Shown piece by piece: positions 1 through 8,691 of a stretch of DNA of 39,662 nucleotides. The notes under the pieces were generated by a model. The model did not search any database. It was not told where the DNA came from and saw only the letters and a list, made by a program, of their open reading frames with translations. Every line of letters begins with the position of its first letter. The first letter of the stretch is position 1. The stretch is from NCBI GenBank assembly GCA_964397795.1, contig CAYNKM010000001.1, positions 1 through 39,662 on the forward strand. The letters run 5' to 3'. The stretch comes from an uncultured Desulfovibrio sp. (GTDB taxonomy: Bacteria > Desulfobacterota > Desulfovibrionia > Desulfovibrionales > Desulfovibrionaceae). Both the position numbers and the translations under genes were made by a program.

Positions 1-2660
1 GCGATCTTCTTCTCATTATCATTCAGTTCCGACCTTAACTCCGCCTTCACTTCCTCATATTTCTCCCTTTTCGCCTTAATCTCGCCAACTGCCTGATCAA
101 GTTCAGTCAAATTCTTGTCTGTCAAATTCTTTTCCGCTTCATCTTGAAGTTTCGCGATATTTTCCCCGAGAAAAAGCTTTATTTCAGCCTCATCTTTTTC
201 AAGAGCTTGCTTTTCTGCCTCAAGCGCGTTTATGGCTTCAATATCCAGTCGCGATTTTACAAATTTGTCCTCACTCCACCCCCGTTTGGCCAGAACATTG
301 GCAAATTCTTTTTCCTGGCTTGCCAATTCTGGCTCAAGCTTTGCCAGATTGTCTTCCTGTGCCAGAACCTGACCGCTTTCCTGATTAAAGCTTACCGAAG
401 TTGCACTTTCTTCCCTTTGCGCTTCCTGGCTTGACTGACTGGCATCGGCCAAGGCTTTCTTCAGTTTTTCTTCCTCTTCCCTTACATCTCGCCCATCAAA
501 AAGCAGACCTCGCTTTTGCCGTAAAGCTTCAAGATCCTCCCCTATTCCTGCCAACTGATTCCCGCGCTGTGATAAATCTTCTTCACAATTTTTTATATTG
601 GCCTGACATGCCGAAATCCGGGGCTTTAGATCCGCAAGCGCTTTTTCCGTGTCCTCCCTGTCCTTAATCCTTTTTTGCCATTCTTCAGCCCGCTTATCCA
701 GAATCTGCCCGATTTCGTCCAGGGAATCAGGGACATTCATGCCAATTTTTTCCAGATCTTTCCTTATGCCTTCCTCCTGTTTTCCAATCTCCCTTTTCTT
801 TTCCTCAAGCTTGTCCGTCTCCTCACTGATATTGGCAAGGCGTTCCTCCCTGCTTCTTTCCAGGGCCATCTTTTCCGTATTGATAATCTCCCAGGCATGA
901 TGGGATTCAGCGGCGATTTTTTCAAAATTCCCAATCTCCTCATTATCCAGTTTAATCTGCCTGATCTTTTTTTCCAGATTATTACAAGCTTCCCTCTGCA
1001 AATCGACATCCAAGGCCGGGTGACCTTCAAGATAAGGGTGGTCAAGCGCTCCGCAAAGCGGGCAGGGCTGGCCCGGCGCCAAGGTTTTGCGGTGTTCTTC
1101 CATGCTTAAAAACTTGTTCGCTTCCGCCAGCTCCATTTGCCGATTTAGAAGCTCCACTTCAAAATCTTCAAGAGTCTTGCCGGCAAGCTCACTGTTTCTT
1201 CTGTCTTCAATATCCCCTATCGCGGCCCTGATATGGGCCTGCTCCGCTTCCCTCTTGGCAAGCTCTTCCCGCTTTTCTCCTATCTGATTGTCAATTTTTT
1301 CAAGTTCCCTTTTCTGCCGGGATATTCTCTTCCCTGTTTCCCCGACGTCTCCTGACAGGCTCTCAAGAATTCCTATTCTGGACTTTACCTCATTGCGATT
1401 TTCAATAAGCCAGGCGTCACCCTTGTGAGACTCCAGCCAGGAAATAATCCCCGAAAGACCCTTTTTATCTTCTTCATATCTGTTTTCAAGAGAAGTTTGT
1501 TCGGATAACAGGCTCTTGTATCTATCCCGAGCTTCCCTTAATGCGCCTTCATTTTTTTCAAGTTCCGCCTGTTTTTCTGAAATATTCTGATCAAGCAGCC
1601 TTGCCTGTTCAAAAAGGGATCTGGCATCTTCAAGATTTTTTGAACAATTTTCTTCCATCTGAACGGCAAGACTCTTTTTCAGCACGCATTTTTTTAATTC
1701 TTCTGACAAAATTTTTAGACGATTTTTAGCTTCTTCAAGTTGCTTTTTCTTGTTCTCATATTGACCGCGCGTATATTCAAGCCGGGTGAAATAAGGCTCA
1801 AACTCCCTGGCCTGCTTTCCCGCCGCGAGAATTTTATCTTTGGCCTCAAATTCTTCCTTGCGCCGCTGGATGTCCTGCTGCTCGGCTTCAAGCTTTTTAA
1901 CTTTCGCCTTCAGACTATTCAGGTTTTCTACCCACTGTATTTTTGCCTGACAATCTTTTAATTCCTTATCCAGATTATCAATCCCAGCCTCGCATTTTAT
2001 AATCTCATCCTTTTTGACGGCTATTTCTTCATCATTAAGAACAGATATGCTATCATATTTATCCTGCAAAACTTCCTTTTGCATTCTCTCATCTTTTTCT
2101 TTGTCAAAGGCAAGAATGGAAAGTTCAGTATAAATTCCAATTCCAGTCAGATTTTCCAGGATGGCAGATTTCTCCTTGTCATCTGAATTTAAAAATTTCT
2201 GAAAATCTCCCTGGGCAAGCAGGACTGATCGGACAAATTGATCATATCCCATGATATTATTTGCCTGCTTCAGATTTTCAATATCCTTTACTTTGGTCGC
2301 CAGTTCATGGGTATCAAGATTTTCAAACTCACGTTTTGGAGAATTAAAAGAACCGTCTTTTTTTGTATCCCTGCCCCAGTAGCTGCGGAATCGCCCTGCC
2401 GCTGTTTCAAAAATTATTTCAGCGCGGCAATCTTTTGTATTGCGTGTCATAATTTCACAGGTCTTGCCCGTGGGATCAATCCGCGGCGTGCAGCCATAAA
2501 GCGCAAGAGTAATGGCATCCAGAATTGTAGTTTTGCCAGATCCCGTAGGACCGGCAATTAAGAATACCCCAAAATCGCTATAATCCCGATGAGTAAAATC
2601 TATATTCCATTCACCCGCGAGAGAATTTATATTTTTGAAAGAAACTTTAAGTATTCGCAT
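1..2660 (-). CDS. sbcC: Exonuclease SbcCD subunit C (Rad50/SMC-like ATPase), 3' end runs off the window
   Basis: Hand translation from the ATG at 2660 gives MRILKVSFKNINSLAGEWNIDF...IAGPTGSGKTTILDAITLALYG (Walker A). An in-frame zinc hook CPLCG lies at 1050-1064 among coiled-coil sequence. It is directly downstream of sbcD and absent from the ORF track, consistent with no stop codon inside the window. Confidence 0.93.
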   Translation of the reverse strand, partial: MRILKVSFKNINSLAGEWNIDFTHRDYSDFGVFLIAGPTGSGKTTILDAITLALYGCTPRIDPTGKTCEIMTRNTKDCRAEIIFETAAGRFRSYWGRDTKKDGSFNSPKREFENLDTHELATKVKDIENLKQANNIMGYDQFVRSVLLAQGDFQKFLNSDDKEKSAILENLTGIGIYTELSILAFDKEKDERMQKEVLQDKYDSISVLNDEEIAVKKDEIIKCEAGIDNLDKELKDCQAKIQWVENLNSLKAKVKKLEAEQQDIQRRKEEFEAKDKILAAGKQAREFEPYFTRLEYTRGQYENKKKQLEEAKNRLKILSEELKKCVLKKSLAVQMEENCSKNLEDARSLFEQARLLDQNISEKQAELEKNEGALREARDRYKSLLSEQTSLENRYEEDKKGLSGIISWLESHKGDAWLIENRNEVKSRIGILESLSGDVGETGKRISRQKRELEKIDNQIGEKREELAKREAEQAHIRAAIGDIEDRRNSELAGKTLEDFEVELLNRQMELAEANKFLSMEEHRKTLAPGQPCPLCGALDHPYLEGHPALDVDLQREACNNLEKKIRQIKLDNEEIGNFEKIAAESHHAWEIINTEKMALERSREERLANISEETDKLEEKKREIGKQEEGIRKDLEKIGMNVPDSLDEIGQILDKRAEEWQKRIKDREDTEKALADLKPRISACQANIKNCEEDLSQRGNQLAGIGEDLEALRQKRGLLFDGRDVREEEEKLKKALADASQSSQEAQREESATSVSFNQESGQVLAQEDNLAKLEPELASQEKEFANVLAKRGWSEDKFVKSRLDIEAINALEAEKQALEKDEAEIKLFLGENIAKLQDEAEKNLTDKNLTELDQAVGEIKAKREKYEEVKAELRSELNDNEKKI

Positions 2661-2665
2661 GATTA

Positions 2666-3913
2666 TTAATTCCCCTCGCGTTTTCTATTATTGTAAAGAA
2701 CGAGCAATTCTTCAAAGGCTTCAGTCATTTTTTTTCGGTTTTCACCTTCATAGCCTTTTTGATCCAGACAAAGGGCAAAAATGTCTTCCGGCTTAAAATC
2801 CTGCAGATTTCTCTCCATATTTTTTATGCCAAATCGCCCCTTATAGGGAGCGGGGTTGCAATGAAGAATCGCATAGGGCTCGTTTATAAGGGCCGCGGCT
2901 TCTTCCTCAAGATTGGTAAAACTATCCGAACCATCATGATTCAGTTCAAACCAGATCCCCTCTTCCGGATTTTCAGAAGGCTTATATAATTTTCTCACTT
3001 GCTCCAGCAGGGATTTCCGGCTGCCATTCAGTGCCATAAGGCGCTGGAAAACAGGTACGGCGCATATTTCAGTTTTTACCTTATGCCCGTCAAAATCCGC
3101 CAGTACAATGCTTTTAGTATAGCCAGTTTCATCAAAATGAAGGGGAATTGGCGATCCGGCATAACGTCTGGTCTCCAGTTTGCCTATTTTCATGGGGCGA
3201 TGGATATGGCCAAGGGCAGCGTAATCAAAAATATCCTCAAACATATCCGCTTCCACTGCTCCCTGCCCGCCCGCGTAAAGCCTCTCCATGCTTTTGGAGA
3301 CTGATGAATTGGCCGTATAAAGATGGCCTGTAACGATTATGGGAATATCTGTTTCGGAATATTTTTCACGGACAAATTGAGCCAGTCTGCGATAATATCC
3401 CGTAATCGCTTCTTTATAAGCCTCTTCCTTGTCCCTGTTATCCTCGCCGAATACCGCGGAACGGATGTCCTTTTCGCGCAGAAAGGGAATGGCGCAAATT
3501 ACGGCTTCAGCGTTTCCTCCCGAATCTCTCAAAACCAGGATTTCGTCGTCTATATTATTGCCCACTGTGCCTGTGACAAATACATTAAAATTGGCCAGAA
3601 AATCCTTGGGAGCGGTTAAAAAAGCAGGCGAATCGTGATTACCCGCGGTGACTATAATATGCCTCGCTCCGGCCTGCGCCGCTTTTCGCAAAAAATCATA
3701 GTACAGCTTTTGCGCTCCCGTGTCAGGCAGGGAAGTATGAAAAACATCTCCGGCAATGATTACGGCGTTCACTCCCCGTTCTCTAATCAACGCCGCAAGC
3801 CAGTCAATAAATTTTTTAAATTCTTCTTCCCTGCTTCTTGAATAAAGCTTATGGCCCAAATGCCAGTCAGACGTATGCAATAATGTAAATTTTCCCACTT
3901 CAATCTCCAGCAT
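2666..3913 (-). CDS. sbcD: Exonuclease SbcCD subunit D (Mre11-like metallophosphoesterase)
   Basis: Motifs HTSDWHLG, IAGDVF, AGNHDS, GH, YAALGHIH and RYAGSP; adjacent to sbcC. Confidence 0.95.
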   Translation of the reverse strand: MLEIEVGKFTLLHTSDWHLGHKLYSRSREEEFKKFIDWLAALIRERGVNAVIIAGDVFHTSLPDTGAQKLYYDFLRKAAQAGARHIIVTAGNHDSPAFLTAPKDFLANFNVFVTGTVGNNIDDEILVLRDSGGNAEAVICAIPFLREKDIRSAVFGEDNRDKEEAYKEAITGYYRRLAQFVREKYSETDIPIIVTGHLYTANSSVSKSMERLYAGGQGAVEADMFEDIFDYAALGHIHRPMKIGKLETRRYAGSPIPLHFDETGYTKSIVLADFDGHKVKTEICAVPVFQRLMALNGSRKSLLEQVRKLYKPSENPEEGIWFELNHDGSDSFTNLEEEAAALINEPYAILHCNPAPYKGRFGIKNMERNLQDFKPEDIFALCLDQKGYEGENRKKMTEAFEELLVLYNNRKREGN

Positions 3914-3973
3914 TTATCCAGAATGTTTATTAAAATATACTAAAATATCCCTGACTGGCATGTAAAGAAAGGT

Positions 3974-4585
3974 CTAGCACCAATCCCCTTCCAGGCGATC
4001 CTCATCTGTGAGCTGGCGAATCACGCGGCAGGGATTTCCAAACGCCAGGCATTTGGGAGGAATATCGCGGGTAACAATGCTCCCTGCGCCAATCACTGTT
4101 CCCTCCCCAATGGTCACACCAGCGCACACCGTGACCGAAGAAGCAATCCAGCAATTATTTTCAATTGTTATGGGTTTTCCATATTCAAGGACATATAGGC
4201 TGCCATCCGGTTTTTTGCGCAAGTTTCTTTCATCAGGCAGCAAGGGGTGCACGGGAGTGGATAAAACGACATTTGTCCCAAAAAGCACGTTATCGCCAAT
4301 GTGGACAGGACAAACATCCAGGCAGGTAAAATTGAAGTTCGCGAACACGTTTTCTCCAAAAGTGGTAAAACAGCCGTAATCAAAATAAATTGGACCGCGT
4401 AAATCAGGAAGATGATGCGAAGCGGGAAATAATTCTTTTAAAATATTTCTTTTTAACTCGGGTTTATCATCTCCTGTAAAATTATATAAACGAATCAGCT
4501 TTGCGGCATTATTTCTTAAGGCGATTAGTTCGGGATCTATAGGATTATACAGGTTACCAGCCAGCATTTTTTCCTTTTCAGTCAT
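3974..4585 (-). CDS. maa: Sugar O-acetyltransferase (maltose/galactoside acetyltransferase family, hexapeptide repeat)
   Basis: N-terminal MTEKEKMLAG.LY, FDYG, left-handed beta-helix repeats (PITIENNCWI, GVTIGEGTVIGAGSIV) and GNPCRVIR. Confidence 0.85.
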   Translation of the reverse strand: MTEKEKMLAGNLYNPIDPELIALRNNAAKLIRLYNFTGDDKPELKRNILKELFPASHHLPDLRGPIYFDYGCFTTFGENVFANFNFTCLDVCPVHIGDNVLFGTNVVLSTPVHPLLPDERNLRKKPDGSLYVLEYGKPITIENNCWIASSVTVCAGVTIGEGTVIGAGSIVTRDIPPKCLAFGNPCRVIRQLTDEDRLEGDWC

Positions 4586-4667
4586 GTTTCATCCTTTTTC
4601 TAATTTTTATAAAAATATTAATAATAGGATATAATAGACATGTTTTTGACAAAAGGCTTATTAAAAC

Positions 4668-4693
4668 AAAAAAGCCGCCAATTATTTGACGGC
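4668..4693 (-). terminator. Rho-independent terminator after fliQ
   Basis: Minus strand reads GCCGTCAA-ATAA-TTGGCGGC followed by TTTTTTG. Confidence 0.75.
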
Positions 4694-4740
4694 ATCTTGT
4701 TTATTTTTCATGACATTTCCGAATATATTTTAACGCAGTT

Positions 4741-5010
4741 TTACTGCACGTAAGTGGGGATATTGAGAAAAACATCTCTTGTAAAAGTGGTTATACGTTC
4801 TATAAGCCAGGGCAAAGCAATCAGAAGGGCCAGGAACATTGAAAGAATTTTGGGAATAAAAGTAAGGGTCTGTTCCTGGATCTGGGTTGCCGCCTGGATA
4901 ATGCTTACAACTACGCCAACGCTCAAGCCTACCCCAAGCATGGGGAGGGCCATCATCAGACAGAGTTCAATGGCAGAACGACCAAAACCAATTACGAAAT
5001 CAGGACTCAT
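4741..5010 (-). CDS. fliQ: Flagellar export protein FliQ
   Basis: 89 aa hydrophobic protein with the QAATQIQEQTLTFIPK signature. Confidence 0.96.
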   Translation of the reverse strand: MSPDFVIGFGRSAIELCLMMALPMLGVGLSVGVVVSIIQAATQIQEQTLTFIPKILSMFLALLIALPWLIERITTFTRDVFLNIPTYVQ

Positions 5011-5022
5011 TGTCCACTCCTT

Positions 5023-5817
5023 TTATAGTAAAAAGCTATTGACCAGGGATCCCACCAGCAGATTCCAGCCATCCACCATGACAAAAAGCAGAAGCTTGAA
5101 AGGCATGGAAACCATCATGGGCGGTAACATCATCATACCCATTGCAAGAAGTACGCTAGAAATTACCATATCCAGGACTAGAAAGGGGATATAAATCAAA
5201 AAGCCTATTGTAAAAGCTGTTTTCAGTTCGCTTATGACATAAGCGGCAGCCAGCATCATGGTTGGAACTTCTTCCTTGTTACGCGGCGGCTCCATTCTGG
5301 AGATGGAGTAAAATATTGATATATCCTTTTCGCGCGTATGCTTGAACATAAAGGCTCTTAAGGGCTCCTGAGCCCTGTCCAGAGCCACCCTGTAGTCAAT
5401 CTGTTCGTTCAGATATGGCTGCAAGGCCTCGTCATTTATCTGGCGACCTACCGGAAACATGATGACTACCGTCATAAAAATGGCAAGGCTGGCCAGAATC
5501 TGGGTGGGGGGCAATTGCTGAACCCCCATCGCCTGTCTTAAGAAGCTGAAAACTATGATTATACGGGTAAAGCTGGTAACAGTGAGCATAATTGCCGGAG
5601 CAATTGACAGTATGGTGAGGAGGAAAAGAATTTCCAACAATGTCGATACCTTGGCAGGTTCGGCATCGCCGCCTGACAAAGTTAGGGACATTGACGGGAA
5701 AGTCAGATCCTGGGCTGCCCAGACCAGGTCAGGAAGGAGAATTGTCAGGGCCAGAATTATGGCCGGTATCCTGAATATTCTCCATGATGTCCTGAAATTT
5801 ATTGGCTGGCCGCTCAT
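5023..5817 (-). CDS. fliP: Flagellar export pore protein FliP
   Basis: Signatures TSFTRIIIVFSFLRQAMG, ISELKTAFTIGF and MGMMMLPP...PFKLLLFVMVDGW; N-terminal signal peptide. Exact start uncertain. Confidence 0.95.
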   Translation of the reverse strand: MSGQPINFRTSWRIFRIPAIILALTILLPDLVWAAQDLTFPSMSLTLSGGDAEPAKVSTLLEILFLLTILSIAPAIMLTVTSFTRIIIVFSFLRQAMGVQQLPPTQILASLAIFMTVVIMFPVGRQINDEALQPYLNEQIDYRVALDRAQEPLRAFMFKHTREKDISIFYSISRMEPPRNKEEVPTMMLAAAYVISELKTAFTIGFLIYIPFLVLDMVISSVLLAMGMMMLPPMMVSMPFKLLLFVMVDGWNLLVGSLVNSFLL

Positions 5818-6364
5818 AATCCGCGTTTCCCTCCGTGATCAGGCTTATTTGATGCTCTGTCACTCCCAGCAGTAATCTTTTATTCAAGAATCGTACCACC
5901 ATAAGGCCTTTTTTAGGTCCAAGCGGCATCTGGGCTTCCATTATTAAAGCATCTTTGGGCAGCGCCCCCGGGCGGGGAATAAAATTTAATTTTCCGTATT
6001 TTCGTATGCACCAGACTGCAAACCAGAGAACAGCCAGCAGAATACACAGGATACCAAGAGCCTGAAAATACCCTCCCCAGGTAAAGGCGCTTTGAGTCAT
6101 TTCCGGGCTTGAGGCTATGTTTCTGCCCACATTTGCCGCGCTCTCAAAAGTTTTATCGCTTGCAAGGGTTATCGCGTCGGATAAAACGGTTCCGGCTTCG
6201 TTGAAAGCCTCGCGGGCGGTATCGGCTACCTGCCGGACAGTTTCCTCAATACCCTGACCTGAAAGGGAATCCATATTGGCTTGAGTCTGGGTATCCGCTA
6301 TCCCCCGCACACTATGACCGGAGAGACCGCTCTCGCGGGCTATATCTTCAGACAAATCAGCCAA
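5729..6364 (-). CDS. fliO: Flagellar biosynthesis protein FliO
   Basis: Transmembrane helix followed by PLGPKKGLMVVRFLNKRLLLGVTEHQISLI (FliO cytoplasmic domain); lies between fliN and fliP. Confidence 0.88.
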   Translation of the reverse strand: MADLSEDIARESGLSGHSVRGIADTQTQANMDSLSGQGIEETVRQVADTAREAFNEAGTVLSDAITLASDKTFESAANVGRNIASSPEMTQSAFTWGGYFQALGILCILLAVLWFAVWCIRKYGKLNFIPRPGALPKDALIMEAQMPLGPKKGLMVVRFLNKRLLLGVTEHQISLITEGNADYERPANKFQDIMENIQDTGHNSGPDNSPS

Positions 6365-6917
6365 GCTGTTTTACCCTTTCTATGGGACTTATTATATCTG
6401 TAAGCCGCACTCCGAACTTTTCATTAATTACAACTGCTTCGCCACGAGCGACCAATTTGCCATTAACATAAATCTCAAGAGGTTCACCCGCGAGCTTGTT
6501 TAACTCCACTACCGAACCTTGTCCCAGCTGAAGCAATTCATTAATTAAAAGCCGAGTCCGTCCCAGCTCCGCGGATACGTCAAGCGGAATATCGAGAATG
6601 AAATCCAGCTCGCGTTTCAGGTTTTTATCCCGCTGCTGCTTGGACATATCGGTCATATCCTGAAAATGCGCATCGGTAGCCTGGGCGCCATATGAACCAC
6701 CTTCAGCATTGGTTCCCGCGCCTGAAGCCGCGCTGCCAAAAGTGGCAGGCCCCCTGCCCTCTTCTTCCCTGGCTACTTCTTCCGCCCACTGCGCGGCCAA
6801 AGCTTCCTCGTCCATTCCCGAGTCTTTCTTTTTCGCTTCCGCAGCCGCGGCTTCTTCAGCCTCCAGTTCCGCTACCCACTGTGCGGCCAACGCATCCTGA
6901 TCTTCATCTTGTGACAT
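6357..6917 (-). CDS. fliN: Flagellar motor switch protein FliN
   Basis: C-terminal SpoA domain ILDIPLDVSAELGRT...LAGEPLEIYVNGKLVARGEAVVINEKFGVRLTDI. Confidence 0.96.
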   Translation of the reverse strand: MSQDEDQDALAAQWVAELEAEEAAAAEAKKKDSGMDEEALAAQWAEEVAREEEGRGPATFGSAASGAGTNAEGGSYGAQATDAHFQDMTDMSKQQRDKNLKRELDFILDIPLDVSAELGRTRLLINELLQLGQGSVVELNKLAGEPLEIYVNGKLVARGEAVVINEKFGVRLTDIISPIERVKQLG

Positions 6918-6994
6918 AATACAGATCTCCGCTTTTCCTGATGATTTGAAAATTGTTTAATTTTTAAAGAAGGCTTATCAAAAAATCTTAAGCG

Positions 6995-7600
6995 TCAATC
7001 AACTACAAAATCTGTAAAATAAACCCGTATAACCCTTTGAGCGCCAAGTATTTGATTAATTCTGCCCGCGATTTCAGCCTTAAGCAGAACTTTCCCATCT
7101 GGAGAAGCAATTTCTCCATAGCTTTTGCCTGCCAAAAGCATGATTATCGCGTCTCTTATACGGGCGTTATTTTCCTTGAGCTGACTGGCGACATCAGAAT
7201 TAACCTCAACTTCCAGACCAAGCTTTAAGTAGCGCCTGCCTCCCGGTTCCTGCAAATTAACCACGATAGACGGCAGGGGTAGCACATGGCCAACGCTTCT
7301 TGGCAATGGAGTTTGACGCTCTATGCGTGCTGATGGGGACGGAGCGCCGCCCTCCTGGGGAGCATTTGCCGCTTCTGTCCTTGCGGGTGGTTCTGGCGGA
7401 GAGGATTCGACAGTTTCATTTTCCACCCCTGGAGTCCTCATATATAACCACCAGTAGGCGCCACCGCCCGCCGCAGCCAAAGTCATCAACAAGATAGTAA
7501 AAATTATTATGAGCTTCTTGGCTCTTGACTTCTTTCGTGGCTTTTCAGCCTGTCCCTCTGGTAATGCAGCTTCTTTTTCCTTGGAATCCCTTGCCGCCAT
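6995..7600 (-). CDS. fliL: Flagellar basal body-associated protein FliL
   Basis: Single transmembrane helix, Pro-rich linker, then IVVNL...RYLKL, RIRDAIIMLL, GKVLLKAEI..RIN and VYFTDFVV. Confidence 0.92.
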   Translation of the reverse strand: MAARDSKEKEAALPEGQAEKPRKKSRAKKLIIIFTILLMTLAAAGGGAYWWLYMRTPGVENETVESSPPEPPARTEAANAPQEGGAPSPSARIERQTPLPRSVGHVLPLPSIVVNLQEPGGRRYLKLGLEVEVNSDVASQLKENNARIRDAIIMLLAGKSYGEIASPDGKVLLKAEIAGRINQILGAQRVIRVYFTDFVVD

Positions 7601-7701
7601 TTATAAAATCTCCATTATATGAATAATTCCCGCAAGCTGACGTGTTTTTTACGCAAATTAACGCCCTGACCGGCATTATGCGCCGCTTTCCTCAACTTTC
7701 A

Positions 7702-7920
7702 GGCTCCACTTAAAACATTTATTGACTGTTTTGGGTGATAACAGCTTTTACCCGCCGGGAGCGCTCCAAGTCCTTGGGAGAAAAAGCGCCAGGAACTGTC
7801 CGGCCCCCCGGACCCCTTTTTCAAAAACTATCATCATTATTGACGTGGCTTATGGCAAAATTCAGCTTTTATTATAAATTATAGCCTTGTTTTCCATTAA
7901 CAGATGATTGTGACAGAGCC
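7702..7920. mobile_element. Putative non-autonomous MITE-like element (family B), ~219 bp
   Basis: Imperfect terminal inverted repeats: GGCTCCACTTAAAACATTTATTGA (7702-7725) and, on the minus strand, GGCTCTGTCACAATCATCTGTTAA (7920-7897). Its first ~114 bp on the minus strand align colinearly with 39546-39662. No target-site duplication seen. Confidence 0.6.
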
Positions 7921-7974
7921 AAACCCAATTATATTTCCACGATAAAATTCCTGATTTGATATAGCCATATCCTA

Positions 7975-8691
7975 TCAGAATACTTTCCTTGCCGGTCTTT
8001 GACCAAAAATATTTGTTCCTATTCGTACAATAGTCGCGCCTTCTTCAATGGCGGCCACAAAATCTCCGCTCATTCCCATAGAAAGATGTGGCATGGAGCG
8101 TCCCGCCATCTGATTTATTTTTTCCCTTAAATTATATAATTGTGCAAAATAGGGTCTGGCCGCCTCGCCGCTGTCAAAAACGGGGGGAAGACACATAAGT
8201 CCCTGCAGTTTGAGATGGGGGCAGGAAGTTTCAACATGTTCGACAAGCTGAAAAAGATCCCCAACTCTCACTCCAGACTTCTGGTCTTCGTCCGCGATAT
8301 TAACTTCTATAAGTACCTTTTGATCCAGATCCCGGCTGGCGAGATTTTTTTCCATTATATCCGCAAGTTTCACAGAATCAAGAGTATGCACCAGAGAAAA
8401 ACTGCCGGCTACGGTAGACGCCTTTCTGCTTTGGATGTGACCAATCATATGCCAGCGCAATGTTTTCAGATCTTCCAGAAGCTTTTGTTTATGCGTGGCT
8501 TCCTGAACATAATTTTCCCCAAAATCAAGCTGGCCCATATCCGCGACGACACCGATGGCTTCAGGAGAGTGAAACTTGGAAACGGCCACAAGCGTTATAT
8601 CTTCCCTCTTCCGGCCAGCATTTTGACAGGCCGCGTCCAAATCCTCAATGGTCTTGGCATAGTTCTGGGCAAGCTGACTGGAAGACGACAC
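7975..8691 (-). CDS. yggS: Pyridoxal phosphate homeostasis protein, YggS/PLPBP family
   Basis: Motifs LVAVSK (PLP lysine), FGENYVQE, WHMIGHIQS, LSMGMSGD and GATIVRIGTNIFG. Confidence 0.95.
   Translation of the reverse strand: MSSSSQLAQNYAKTIEDLDAACQNAGRKREDITLVAVSKFHSPEAIGVVADMGQLDFGENYVQEATHKQKLLEDLKTLRWHMIGHIQSRKASTVAGSFSLVHTLDSVKLADIMEKNLASRDLDQKVLIEVNIADEDQKSGVRVGDLFQLVEHVETSCPHLKLQGLMCLPPVFDSGEAARPYFAQLYNLREKINQMAGRSMPHLSMGMSGDFVAAIEEGATIVRIGTNIFGQRPARKVF

Noticed and set aside
144-2561. Many short ORFs over the first 2.6 kb
   Set aside because: They are antisense or off-frame shadows of sbcC, which the ORF track omits.
1-4585. sbcCD plus acetyltransferase as a novel defence system
   Set aside because: The sbcD-sbcC order and motifs are canonical, and there are no accessory nuclease, helicase or mobile-element genes in view. 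Genes beyond the left edge cannot be seen.
7642-7676. Possible sigma54 (AGGGCGTTAATTTGCG) or sigma28 (GCCGGTCA) promoter for fliL
   Set aside because: The -24 element is a poor match at the correct spacing, and there is no TAAA at the proper distance for sigma28.
7601-7974. c-di-GMP riboswitch upstream of the flagellar operon
   Set aside because: I saw no GGCAAA...GAAA...GCAAA core. Most of the spacer is explained by the repeat element.
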